From Octopus sinensis (lineage: Eukaryota), in assembly GCF_006345805.1 (NCBI RefSeq), contig NC_043012.1, forward strand, positions 5,580,001 to 5,644,000: a stretch of 64,000 nt of DNA, given 5' to 3'. The translations under genes were made by a program, and so were the position numbers. This document shows positions 1 through 12,464 of the stretch, one piece after another; the stretch's first letter is position 1; the number at the start of each line of letters is the position of its first letter. The notes under the pieces were generated by a model. That model was given only the letters and a program-made list of their open reading frames with translations, ran no database searches and was not told the DNA's origin.

Positions 1-2
1 TT

Positions 3-1019
3 ATCATAGTCCTCCAGGCAATAACGGAGGAATTCAAGACAGGATGCCCTTGGGAGCTCCTCTATGCTGATAACCTTGCTCTAATTGCTGAGTCGCTATC
101 AGAACTGGAGGAGAAGTTTCAGGTGTGGAAACAAGGATTAGAATCGAAGGGCCTCAGAGTCAATCTAGCTAAAACCAAAGTCGTAATCAGTAGGAAGGTA
201 GACAAATCACAAACACCTTCAGGTAGATGGCCCTGCTCGATCTGTAGAAAAGGTGTAGGTAGAAACTCTATAAGATGCACCAAGTGTAAGCTATGGACAC
301 ATAAGAGATGCAGCAATGTCAAAGGAAGGCTAACTAGGAAGATGGTTTTTGTATGTGGCAGATGCTCAGGAACAATAAACACTGAAAATGCTCTGAGACC
401 AACTTCCGTCACTTTCCAGGGAGAAAAACTAGAAATAGTTGATAGTTTCCGTTACTTAGGTGACCAAGTCAGCAGCGGGGGCGGGTGTGCTGAAAGTGTA
501 ACTGCTAGAGTAAGAATAGCTTGGGCAAAGTTCAGAGAGCTCTTACCTCTGCTGGTGACAAAAGGCCTCTCGCACAGAGTGAAAGGCAGACTGTATGATG
601 CGTGTGTACGAACAGCCATGCTACATGGCAGTGAAACATGGGCCGTGACTGCTGAGGATATGCGTAAGCTCGCTAGAAATGAAGCCAGTATGCTCCGATG
701 GATGTGTAATGTCGGTACTCATACTTGGCAGAGTGTAAGTACCTTGAGAGAAAAGCTGGACCTAAGAAGCATCAGTTGTGGTGTGCAAGAGAGACGTTTG
801 TGCTGGTATGGTCATGTGGCGAGAATGGATGAAGATAGTTGTGTGAAAAAGTGCCACACCCTAGCGGTTGAGGGAACCTGTGGAAGAGGCAGACCCAGGA
901 AAACCTGGGACGAGGTGGTGAAGCACGACCTTCGAACTTTAGGTCTCACTGAGGAAATGACTAGAGACCGAGACCTCTGGAAGTGTGCTGTGCGCGAGAA
1001 GACCCAGCAGGACAAGTGA
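3..1019 (+). mobile_element. RTE-clade LINE ORF, C-terminal part (RT palm, PHD-type finger, RT thumb/C-terminal domain); truncated by window edge; intronic and antisense to CHD1
   Basis: Frame is open from nt 3 (IIVLQAITEEFKTGCPWELLYADNLALIAES...) into ORF 123-1019. RTE hallmarks: GLRVNLAKTKV, FRYLG, RVKGRLYDACVRTAMLHGSETW, RLCWYGHVARM, GRGRPRKTW. Confidence 0.95.
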
Positions 1020-1615
1020 GTCCACAACCCGTGGCCTTCTACATGGGATGGAGCCAGCCTACGTATGCATACCTTCCCTTCTTGGGACACAAAACTCTAC
1101 TTGTGAAGACGTGTTGAGGCAAGTGAGGATCAGAATCGAAATCAATCAATGGAAATTGCGGATGTGCTACCAGTGCCGGTGGCATGTCGAAACTCTGCTT
1201 GTGAAGACCCATTGAGGCAAGTGAGGATCAGAATCGAAATCGATCAATGGAAATTGCAGATGTGTTACCAGTGCCGGTGGCATGTAAGAGAACTTTCCGT
1301 TTCGCGACCGTTGCCAGCACCGCCCCGTTTCGTGTCCGTTGCCAGCCTCGCCTGGCCCTCGTGCCGGTGGCACATAAAAAGCACCATCCGTTCGTGGCCG
1401 TTTGCCAGCTCTGTCTGGCACCAGTGCGGGTGGCACGTAAAAAGCACCCACTACACTCACGGAGTGGTTGGCGTTAGGAAGGGCATCCAGCCGTAGAAAC
1501 ACTGCCAGATTTGACTGGGCCTGATGAAGCCTTCTGGCTTCACAGACCCCAGTAGAACCGTCCAACCCATGCTAGCATGGAAAACGGACGCTAAATGATG
1601 ATGATGATGATGATA
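1020..1615 (+). mobile_element. RTE LINE 3' UTR with ~98-bp tandem duplication, iterated GTGCCGGTGGCA hairpin units and (GAT)n tail
   Basis: 1093-1190 repeats at 1191-1288; ends catgctagcatggaaaacggacgctaaatgatgatgatgatgatgat, a tail shared by many short elements in the window. Confidence 0.9.
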
Positions 1616-1959
1616 TATATATATATACATACACATATATACATGCACAAACACACACATACATACATACACACATATATAAACATAGATAAATATACAT
1701 ACACAAATACATTTATACACACACACCTAAACCCGTATGTGTGTGTGCATATGTTAATATAAAGGTGAATGCATTAAAAAGCATTGAAAATATTTCTTGA
1801 TTCTAATATAAGACTGAGAGAACCACATAAAAACTGAGTTCTTACAAGCATCCAGCCACAACTACCAGTTTCTGGTACTTATATACAATAAAAGACCAAC
1901 CTTTCAACAGATTCCCAACAAATTTGAGTTTTAGAGAAATAGTCCTAAAATACATTATT

Positions 1960-2180
1960 CACATTTGACGGATATTCCTCCACATCTTGTTTGTCGTTAA
2001 CACGTTTCGGTTGATGTACCCTCCAGCCTTCATCGGCTGTCTTGGGGAAATTTCAAACCTGGGTTCTCATTCCTAAGGTATTTTTTGATATTATTATTAT
2101 TATTATTCAGATCACTGCCAGGAAATGAACTTGGAATCTTGAGGTTAGTAGCCTGCGCCCTTAACCACTATGCCATAGTC
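1960..2180 (-). mobile_element. Penelope-like-derived repeat with degenerate minimal hammerhead motif, adjoining a tRNA-like SINE head
   Basis: Minus strand 1998-2043 reads aagacagCCGATGAaggctg...caaccGAAACGTgtt; (TTA)n spacer; tRNA-like segment at 2110-2175. Confidence 0.5.
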
Positions 2181-4056
2181 CTAAAATGTTTCTCCGAATA
2201 AAGCTGTAGCTTCATTAAAATGTGATTATTTGGTTAATGGATGATGTTATTCATAAATTGACAAATGTTTAAAAGACCATAACTACAAATGGTTTTAAAC
2301 TCTGAAAGAATATGAGGTTAATGGATAATTTTAGAGGAAGTTTATACAGAAAACGGAAAGCACTCAATGAGCATTGCAGGCAGCAGTTACTTTATAAGTA
2401 AATCTCAAATAAATAGAAGATATTTAAATTTAAGGTTTTTGAAAAGGAACTTGTAAAAACTGAAAAAGTAACATTCAAAACACGACTGTTATGAGCTAAG
2501 AAATATTTTGAAAGGTTAACTAACAATTAAAAATAGTTTTGATATATTAATCACTACTAAATAACTATTTATATTTGCAAACTGTTTCAACATGGAAAAC
2601 TGAGGTTAAATAGAAACAATGTAACTATAACGATATACTTTCGATGTAGTAGGGTTAAATACAGAGAGGAAATAATTTATTTGATAGTTGATAGTTCAGG
2701 TAATCAGTGGTTTTGAACCATTTGTAGCTCAATGCCCCTTTCACTAAACAGCAAATGCCCACTTGTTTAGGTTTTGTAATAAATAAATAAATAAATGAAT
2801 AAGATGATTTGTTGCTTGTGACAGAAATTGTATTAGCTCAAAATAGCATTCTGTATATCTTACTTAATGTGGCTAATTGCAGTATTCTTTTAGAGAAAGC
2901 ATCTCATAAAGACATAAAGTGCTAAAAAGCACAAGAGTACATCAGAAGCAGATGAAAAGTGTCCAGCAATGGCAGCGGAATTGCAAATAGCAGGTATCCA
3001 CTAGCAACCACATGCTTGGAGAATTTTAGCCAAAATGGCAAAAGATTATCTTAAACAAATAGAAGCACATTTTCTGCTATTGTTTATCACCCATCCAATC
3101 CACCATGGGCCTCAAACTATTTGCATTGAGTAGTACTCTTTGTGTTAAATTTTTATGGAAATTACTAAAGATGGCATATATATTTATATTATTGGTATGT
3201 GTAAATAAAAGAACAAGTTTATAACAAAGAACATCGTTATAATTGAAATAAAATACTATTAGCTGCATAACTGGTGTTGACATCTGAAACACATCATATC
3301 AATATTTGGGTATTGTTAAGATAAAGGAAAAAAATATAAAATAATTTAAAATATTCAACAAATTATTATATTCCAAATACGATTTTTGATATTAGAAAAA
3401 TAATTAAAATGGCTGCCTTGTGCAGACTTTGGTAATCCAAAAACTAAAAAAAAAATTTTAAAAACAGGTTTGATATTGACAGTCTCAAAGGTTCCACTTC
3501 TGCATTTTTGTAATCTGCTGCTAAACTAACACTTGCACTATTATGATGAACCTTGTCTCAGACAGAAGAATGAAACCATAACAACAGCAACTTGCTTCCA
3601 AAGGCAGAAGTATTTTGCTTAATCACCAGCAACACAATGTCCTAATTCCTATATTCTAATCCCTACAAAGACTTGTTTTTTTTAAAACGTGTTGAAAATT
3701 TAAAGTATTACACCAGGTTTAAATATTTTATTTCCAAATTTAAAAAAAAAAAAGGAAATAAGAAATCATGGCCCTGCTCACTGATCTAAACACTTTGCAC
3801 TCCACTTAACATCCTGTTTGACGTTTTCCACCTTTTGTGAGGTCACAATGTCTCCAAGGGACTGCTACTGCCTGGGTTAAGAACCACTGAGCTAAACTAT
3901 ACAACTGAGGTGAGAAACATGGGGAGTGGGTAACCAATGCAGTGTATTGACTACAGCAACTAATAGCCTAACAACATCAGAGGCAAATGCAGAAAAATAA
4001 ATAAATAAATAAACGAATGAATGAACACGAGAAGTATTGAAAGACAACACACTTAC

Positions 4057-4199
4057 CTCCCTTGCGGCCTACACGTTGTTGTATCACTTTCTCAATTGTT
4101 TCGTGGTTGTCATCTTCCTCGTCGGCAGCCAGGGCTGCGGCAGTGACTTCTAAAAGATCGTCTGAATCAGTCTGGTTCTCAGATTCTTCTTCTTTGTAG
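4057..4199 (-). CDS. CHD1: CHD1 coding exon 7 in window (143 nt, phase 2 to 1): (S)YKEEESENQTDSDDLLEVTAAALAADEEDDNHETIEKVIQQRVGRKG, entry to chromodomain 1
   Basis: Acceptor cgtttag|, donor |gtaagt. Matches the CHD1/2 motif SYKEDEEMKTDSDDLLEV...ETIERFMDCRIGRKG (human CHD1 as recalled). Confidence 0.95.
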
Positions 4200-5254
4200 C
4201 TAAACGAAGCCATGGTAGCCATTATAGACTAACAAATGCGTTATTTCAATGAAGCGATCAATTTAAGTAAACGTACAAGCTCAGCTCTAAACAGTCTCCC
4301 CAAGTCAACAACATCCACTGTTGTTTCTCTTCACTGAGTCGTTCTTTCAGCTGAGCAACAAGGGATTACTTTAAGTCAAGTTTAAAAAGCTATGTTTACT
4401 AACAACTCTCAATTCAATGTAATGAGCAGCAATTACTGGTTCATAGTTTTACTTCACAGACAACTTCTTTATCTCCAGTTTCTGAAGTATTACAGAGGAT
4501 GTGAAACAAATCTGGATGAGATACCAATACATCACAGGCAGTCATTCTTGTAAAACAAATCCCATTCAGCACAACAAACCAATAAATCACAAAACAGTCC
4601 TCAAGTGGTCGCGCTTGATTTGCTAAAAATAGCAGCCAAATCTAACTAATTGCAGTGATGGGAAAGGCTCAGAATGCCTTTGACCAGGTCTGAACTGGAG
4701 TTAAACAACAACGACACCAACAACTTGTTACAGCAATATGATCCTGCAACACTTAAGTGAACTCTAGGATGTGACAGCTAGGCAAAGAGGGGGCTGTACC
4801 AGGGCCTGGTTGGTACCCATTTACAGTTGAGTTGATTGGAGTGATGTGAACTGAAATTACTTTCTCAAAGGCACATTACACTATCTGATGCAGGAATTGA
4901 ACCCACAACCGTATGTTTATGAGCTGAACACCCTAACCATTGGGCCATGTACCTTCACTATTTTTAAGAAAGATACTTGATATTACTGATCTGGAGAAGC
5001 ATTGTACATAATTCAGTTTTTATGTGGCACCAGCACTTCTAACCAGCCATCTCTAACACCCTCACAGTATAATTTCAGAGATTTAATTCACTAACATAGC
5101 AGGAGGTAAGTGCAATAGCCATTGAGTTCCCAGTACTTCAGCCATAAAAAACTACCCCTCGACAAAGCCAGGAGACACATGATCAGGAAAGTACTGTGGT
5201 TACAACAATATATAAGAGGAAGACAAAAATTAAAGGGGTAATTGTAAATATTAC

Positions 5255-5401
5255 CTGACTTTCTTCCTAATGTTTCTTCTAGAATGGCGTTGTTCTGCTT
5301 CATCATCACTATCTGAATCTGAAGAGTAGCTTTTCTTTTTCCGAGATCTTTTGGCAGCAACTTTTCTTTTATTTGTGCTTCGGCTTGAGCGACTACTTTT
5401 T
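5255..5401 (-). CDS. CHD1: CHD1 coding exon 6 (147 nt, phase 2 to 2): KSSRSSRSTNKRKVAAKRSRKKKSYSSDSDSDDEAEQRHSRRNIRKKV(S)
   Basis: Acceptor tttttgcaatcag|, donor |gtaata; phases match both neighbours; basic/acidic segment preceding SYKE as in CHD1/2. Confidence 0.92.
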
Positions 5402-5518
5402 CTGATTGCAAAAAGATGAAATTGTCAGAGAAATTAAAGAAGCAAAATTCGCATATTTCCTTTTCCCTTTTAAAATAATTTTGTTCCTTCCACTATCCCA
5501 TATATATATATATATAAA

Positions 5519-5582
<64 letters not shown>

Positions 5583-5636
5583 TACATACAAACACACACA
5601 AACTTATATTTTTTTTAAATTATGTATGTGTGTATG

Positions 5637-5668
<32 letters not shown>

Positions 5669-5673
5669 ATCGT

Positions 5674-5830
5674 CATCATTTCATATCCATCTTCCACGCT
5701 GGCATGGGTTGGATGGTCAACCACGAGCCAGCATGGAAGATGGATATGAAATGATGGGTACCAACCAGGCACTGGTACAGACATCTCTTGAGCTGTCCAA
5801 CTCATGCCAACATGGAAGATACACATTAAA
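5674..5830. repeat. Head-to-head RTE-tail fragments forming an 83-nt near-perfect hairpin plus a third tail
   Basis: 5674-5703 is the reverse complement of 5727-5756 (29/30 matches). Confidence 0.85.
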
Positions 5831-6431
5831 TCATCATCATGAGGATAATGTGTGTGTGTGTTAGTGAGACAAATAGAGAGAGAGAGAGAGATAAAATAGG
5901 GTCATTACTTTAAAGTGCATTCAAGATTAACAATGGAAAATTTACACTGGCAGTGTGACTGTACACAGAGAGTAGATAGATGAGACTTGAAATCCTTATC
6001 AACTTCATGTATTAACATTCAGATGACTAAAGCCTCTTTAATCATACCTTATGATTAAAATAACACAAGACATTTTTTAAAAAACATGAGACATTCTTTC
6101 ATGCAATATTTATCACTGCTTTTTTTTTTCCCGAGATTTTTAAACTAAAAAAATCAGAGATGTACGTTGCATGTACAAAGCTGTTTAATTGATTTACATC
6201 TGCTTTTTAATGCTAACATGGATTAGACAAATACATACATTATGGTGAAGATAAAGTTTTACAGTTGGCAATCCTTCCTGCAGCTAACCATTGACTGCTT
6301 TCCGAACAGAGGAACTCTTACTCCAAGTCCTCAAAATTGCAAAGCCAGTAACACCACCACCAATTGTAGCTCAGTGATTTTTTTGGAGCTATGCAAATGT
6401 AACCACACGCACACACACATAAATATTTACA

Positions 6432-6580
6432 TAGAGAGGAAGGGGTGCTGAAAAGTTTCTGGCTTTAAGGATATTGCAAAAGGCTTGGCTGGAGGCCTAA
6501 CCTTCTAAGTTCTTTTACACGGCTTAGAAAAACCAAAGGACCACTGGAATAAGTGTGTGAATCTGGGAGAGGAATATGTT
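6432..6580 (+). mobile_element. Mariner-like MITE remnant
   Basis: TIR-like ggggtgctgaaaagtttctgg plus transposase C-terminal-like HWNKCVNLGEEYV segment. Confidence 0.5.
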
Positions 6581-7019
6581 TTCTAGTTTCTATCTATCAA
6601 ATCTACTCACAAGCTTTTGGTCAGCACAGGCCTCGGGTCTGAACCCACAGTGTGACACCCTGGGTACATGCTATACATGTGTGTGCGTGTTCATAACATG
6701 TTCATATATATACACACACACATATATGCACATGTACACACGTGCAACCCAAAACAAAATGGTTCTGAATCTAACTTCTCAATTACACAGCTATGACTGT
6801 TTCCTAGTTGGAATGGCATAACTGGATGTCACCAATATATTTTGCACAAGATATCTGATCCCAATACTCCAGTTCATGCAAATGGTAAAAATGAGTAATC
6901 CTGCAATGGACTGATGTCCCATCCAGGAAACAATATACATCCCAGAGAAACCGAGAAAACTTCCCCTATGCTCTTTATGAAGTAATATGGACTAACCATT
7001 ACAATATAAGTGTAAGCAT

Positions 7020-8440
7020 CTTCATCATCATCATCATTTAACGTCTGTTGTCCATGCTGGCATAGATCAGATGTTTTGACCGGGGCTGGCAAGCTGGAAA
7101 GCTGCACTAGACTCCACTCAGATTTGGCATGGTTTCTACAGCTGGGTGTCTTTCCTAATGCCAACCACTCTGAGAGTGTAATGGGTGCTTTTACGTGCCA
7201 CCAACACAGGATAATGCCATAGGTCCAACACTAGAAAGGTGCTTCTCATAAGCCACCAACATTGGCCACTTTGCCTCTATGAAACCCCAACGCTTGAAAG
7301 GTGCTTTTTACGTGCTACCAGCACAGGTGCCAATTACTTGGCTTGACAGGTCTTCTGAAGCACAGCATATTGCCAAAGGTCTCAGTTACTAGTCATCGCC
7401 TCTGCGAGGCCCAAAGTTCAAAAATCATGCTTCACCAACTCATCCCATGTCTTCCTGGGTCTACCTCTACTAGTTTCCCTCCACAATTAGAGATCAGCAC
7501 TTCTTTACACAGCTGTCCCCATCCATACACATCACATGACCATACCAGCGCAGTCGTCTCTTTTGCAAACCACATCTGGTGCATCTTATGCCCAACATTT
7601 CTCTCAAGATACTTACACTCTGTTGTACATGCATACTAACATTGCACATCCATCGAAGCATACTGGCTTCATTTCTTTCAAGCCTATGCATGTCCTCAGC
7701 TGTCACAGCCCATGCTTCATTGCTGTGTAACATAGCTGTTTGCACACAGACATAATACAATCTGCATTTCACTCTGAGGGAGAGGCCCTTTGTTGCCAGA
7801 AGAAGAAAGAGTTCTCTGAACTTCACCCAGCCTATTCTTGTACTCACAGCTATGCTCTCAGAGCATCCACCTCCGTTACTAACTTCATCACCTAGGTAAC
7901 GGAAGCTGTCTACTACCTCTAGCTTTCCCCACTGGCAGTTGATGGAATCTATTTTCTGTACATTTTTGGCATTTATTCTACCTGTGCATCTTCCACACAC
8001 AAAAGCTACATAATTATTGCAGCTTTTTTTTCAACAAAAACAATAACATCTTTAAATGATTATTCCAGAGCATATTCACCATCTACTTCAATTACTGCTT
8101 CCCATTTGCTTGGCAGACGGTCAGACCATCATTTAAAGATGTTTTTGTTCAATATTGTTATTGATTTTTGTTGAATAAAATTTGTTGAAAAAAAGCCGCA
8201 ATAATTATGCACCAACCCAATATTTTCCTCTGATGTTGCAGCACCTTCAATGTGTCCATAGCTTATACCAGGTACATCTTATGGAGTTTCTACCTATGTC
8301 TTTTCTACAGATCGAGCAGGGTCATCTACCTGAAGGGATTTATGACTTGTTTGCCTTCTTACTTACTAAGACTTTGATTTTTGCTAAGTTAACTCTAAGG
8401 CCCTTTGATCCTAGACCTTGCTTCCATACCTGAAACTTCT
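7020..8440 (-). mobile_element. Degraded, 5'-truncated RTE LINE copy, interrupted by a mariner MITE at ~8003-8221
   Basis: ORF 7494-8000 (CGRC...FRYLG...RLRWYGHV) and 8225-8440 align to the 1-1019 copy; RTE tail at 7020-7210. Confidence 0.9.
8003..8221. mobile_element. Mariner MITE (same family as 19018-19266), one end deleted, nested in RTE
   Basis: Ends ...ataattatgcaccaacccaa|ta; internal DRLPSKWEAVIEVDG transposase remnant on the minus strand. Confidence 0.85.
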
Positions 8441-8498
8441 TCTCTAGTAATTGTAATATACAATCAAATACAGTAAGAAAGTTTTATTTAATAAACAA

Positions 8499-8661
8499 TG
8501 CAGGAGTGGCTGTGTGGTAAGTAGCTTGCTTACCAACCACCTGGTTCCGGGTTCAGTCCCACTGTGTGGCATCTTGGGCAAGTGTCTTCTGCTGTAGCCC
8601 CGGGCCGACCAATGCCTTGTGAGTGGATTTGGTAGACGGAAACTGAAAGAAGCCTGTCGTA

Positions 8662-8712
<51 letters not shown>

Positions 8713-8925
8713 CTGTTTGTGTGTCTGTGTTTGTCCCCCTAGCATTGCTTGACAACCGATGCTGGTGTGTTTACGTCCCCGTCACTTAGCGGTTCGGCAA
8801 AAGAGACCAATAGAATAAGTACTGGGCTTACAAAGAATATGTCCCGGGGTCGATTTGCTCGACTAAAGGCGGTGCTCCAGCATGGCCGCAGTCAAATGAC
8901 TGAAACAAGTAAAAGAATAAAGAAA
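8499..8925 (+). mobile_element. tRNA-head SINE family B, full length. Other copies: 11536-11790 +, 14764-15090 +, 26037-26660 -, 28487-28866 -, 32805-33146 -, 46893-47299 +, 47393-47590 -, 57440-57745 +, 58515-58940 +
   Basis: Head caggagtggctgtgtggtaag...ggttccgggttcagtcc (A/B-box-like), internal (TA)n(TG)n, tail ggtgctccagcatggccgcagtcaaatgactgaaacaagtaaaaga; recurs about 10 times or more. Confidence 0.9.
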
Positions 8926-9204
8926 ATGCTCTAATCTAATAGAATGTCTTTTTGGAATTTCTGTATAAGCAGTAAAACATTTTCACATCTGTAGGGGATT
9001 AATTTTCAATTCCAAACAAAAAAACTACATAGTTATTACTGATACATATTTCAGGAACATTTGTCCCTGTTATAAATAAGGGAACGCAACTGGGCCTTTT
9101 TTTTTAAACCCAGTTGGCTTTGAGTAGTTAATAGACATCTTTTTTATATCTGCATGCATCAATATGTATATGTATATAACCCTATACATACATAAACACA
9201 CACA

Positions 9205-9242
<38 letters not shown>

Positions 9243-9410
9243 ATAATACACATACATACATGTGTGTGTGTGTGTACATATACATAAATGCATTTATGTC
9301 CAGATCAATGTTAATTTATTTCCTTGTACAAATGTTTAATTGATTATTCCTTTTTAAAGCTGAGTAACCCAAGACACTGTTGTTTAGTCCAAGTCGGCAA
9401 CATCAAGCAG

Positions 9411-9730
9411 ACTTATAATAATAATAGTAATAATAATAATAATAATGAAATTATTGTATACAGTGCTCAGGTGCACCACAACTTGTCAGAAAGTGCGTAT
9501 AAAGTATATGCAGTAATGTAGAAATGTCTGGAAAGCGAACAGTATATGAGTCAGATACATGCTTGTGTGTGTATGGAGGAGAGAAAATCAGGTGTAGTGT
9601 TGGTGAATCTCAGGAAGCATGGAAGTTTTGAAGGATGCAGTGCTCCGACAACTAACAACCGATGCCGGCAGTTTGTTCCATACTTCAGCAACTCTCAGCA
9701 TGAAAAAATGTTTCCTGAAGTCATGCGAGC
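9411..9730 (-). mobile_element. CR1-clade LINE 3' end with (TTA)n-type tail
   Basis: Minus strand encodes HDFRKHFFMLRVAEVWNKLPASVVSCRSTASFKTSML, the CR1 ORF2 C-terminal FF-x-RV-xxx-WN-x-LP motif. Confidence 0.8.
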
Positions 9731-11446
9731 TGTGCTAAGGTATTCCAGCTATGACTATCCTTTGAATTTTGTTGGTGTTTTTTTTTAATATCTAAAGCTA
9801 GTCTTGAATGTCTCTTGAATATGTTAATCCTTTAGAATTCGGATTACTCTATCAAATGTTAATTCTTATTTACTTTGTTTTGAATTAACCAAGCAGCTTT
9901 TAGATTTTAATGATATGATCACTTACTTTTAGAATGACATTGTAAAGCAGGTGCCAGACAATTTGAACATAAAACAGGTGGAATATTTGAGCCAGACATG
10001 ACCAGTTTAAATGCGACAGGGTTAAAATGAGATTAGAGGGAGGTTGGCTGCTATTTCTAGCAGGTCGAGTGACCACATAGAGGTACCCTTCTTAGTTAGC
10101 AACACCCATTCGCTGAGTAATGTTTTTAAACAAGTGAAGGATCAAATTGATATAACTAATGGTGTTTCTGAATGTGTTGTGCTGGTGGGGGAGGAAGACC
10201 TTGACCTGTACCGTCAGCTTGATGAAAGAAAATTTCAACAAAACTTAACCTTATCAAATTACATCCTGTAAAAAGTGTCCCAATATAGTCACACACACAC
10301 ATTTATACAAATAGATCATTACCACCATCATCAATTTTAGATCCCCTTTCCATTCTGGCATGTATTCAATGGGATTCCACAATGCAAGCCATTTCTTATT
10401 GGGAAACACTGCACTCAAAGACTGGTGCTCAAATGTATCATTACACTTTGATTTCTATCACTGATGCCCTTCCGATTGCCAACCACTTCACCGAGGGTAT
10501 TTGGGGTGTTCTTTTTAACTCATGGCACCAGCTTTGAGAGAGGTTGAAAAGTCTTTGGCTTCACAACCCTTTCTCTGCACATTTTCCATCCACTTTACAG
10601 TGCATCTGGGTGTATTTTTCATGACACCAACACAGGGAAGGTTGTCAAATCTCCAGTGAAGTTGTGACAAAAAATAAACCCTTTACTCACTGTAAACGGA
10701 ATGACAATATCATGCAATTGATTAGACTATTGGATGTTGTTGTACATCACTGGTCACAATGTGCTTTTCATCATTTTAGCTTTCATATGATGCCACCCCT
10801 CTGGCTAGGTGAGCAGGCCAACATTCCCCCAGCATAGAGGGCTATTCTATTGCAAGGTTACCCATTTACAGCTAAGTGAACTGGAGCAATGTGAAATGAA
10901 GTGTTTTGCTTAGGAACACAAGGTACAACCGGTTTGGGAATCGAAACCACGTTTTTAAGGTTGTGAGTGCAGCACGTCTAACCATAATGCCACATGCCTT
11001 CACACACATACAGATACACACACACACACACAGCTCTATTATTCCAACCCGATAATGCAAAACCTGATGGTCAAGTCAACACATAAGTATCAATATTTTT
11101 GTCTAAATTTGTATACAGAGTTCTATCATTTGTATATGATTTGTTTTCTATAAATTCATCATAACCTCCAAATACTACATAGACACACAGACATAGCTTC
11201 TACACACAATGATCACATGCGTATCATGCTGTTAAAGTAATGAATCCTCATAAGCAGATATACACGGACAAATACTAATTCAAAACGAAAAATGCACAAC
11301 AATTACTAGTGGCACATATTTCACTCTGTTACAAATGCAAGAGGATAGTTGGGCATTTTGCTTTGTTTGCGAACTGAGGTGACCTTTTGTTGTAGCTTAT
11401 GTATTTCTTTTACAAATCTACATACCCCCATTCTTGAGCATGTATG

Positions 11447-11537
<91 letters not shown>

Positions 11538-12290
11538 TTGGGCAAGTCTCTTCTACTATAGCCTCAGGTCAACCAAAGCCTTGTGAGTAGATTTGGTTGA
11601 CGGAAACTGAAAGAAGCTCATCGCTTGATAACCGATGCTGGTGTATCTATGTCCCTGTAACTTAGTTCGGCAAAAGAGACCGATAGAATAAGTACTAAGC
11701 TTACAAAGAATAAGTCTGGGATCACTTTGTTTGACTAAAAGGTGGTGCTCCAGCATGGCCACAGTCAAATGACTGAAACAAGTATAAGAAATATAAGGAC
11801 ATATATATACATATATACACATAAACGAAGAGAGACAAAGAGAAGTGGATAGTCGTGGATAACTAGACTTATTAATTACATAAATATATCAATGCTCAGG
11901 CCACTACATGTTTAATATTTTGATCCTCTGATAATTTTGTAATTTCTACTTAATTTTAAATCAATGCATGTCAAGGAGGTACTGTTTAGTCCCAGATTAA
12001 AGGTTTTCCAGTCATGACCCCATTTATTTGTGTACATCTAATACTACAGTGCCAAATATATCCTTCTCTTTTTTTAAGACAGTATAGGTGGTAACTTGCA
12101 GGGGGATTTGGCTGCTATCTCTAGCAGGTCAAGTGATTACAGAGAGGTTTTCTCAATAATACATAATAGTTATTTTACTGGGTGGTATTTCTTTTCCATA
12201 TTTTTGTTTTGCTTGTTATTTTATTTATCATGAGTTGGATTCAACTGATGGAACAAACTGATACAATTGAAGATATTTCTGAATGATTAA

Positions 12291-12458
12291 GGGCGAAAAT
12301 AACCTAACTCCAACATGCTTGATGTGCTGAGACCTTAAAAAAAACTACCAAAATTCACTAGCCCGCTTTCAGCCATGTGTATAGTTAGTCTGGAGTTTTT
12401 GGTGGTTTTTTGAAGGTCTCGATACTTAAAGCATGTTGGAGTTAGGTCGTTTTCACAC
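12291..12458. mobile_element. Foldback MITE, possibly Kolobok-like (TTAA|GGG left end), ~65-bp imperfect TIRs
   Basis: acctaactccaacatgctt...gagacctt pairs with aaggtctc...aagcatgttggagttaggt; ~25-30 nt loop. Confidence 0.55.
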
Positions 12459-12464
12459 TTGTTC

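Noticed and set aside
11321-11410. Possible extra CHD1 exon (FVKEIHKLQQKVTSVRKQSK...)
   Set aside because: Acceptor lacks a pyrimidine tract, donor is poor, and flanking exons already join in phase.
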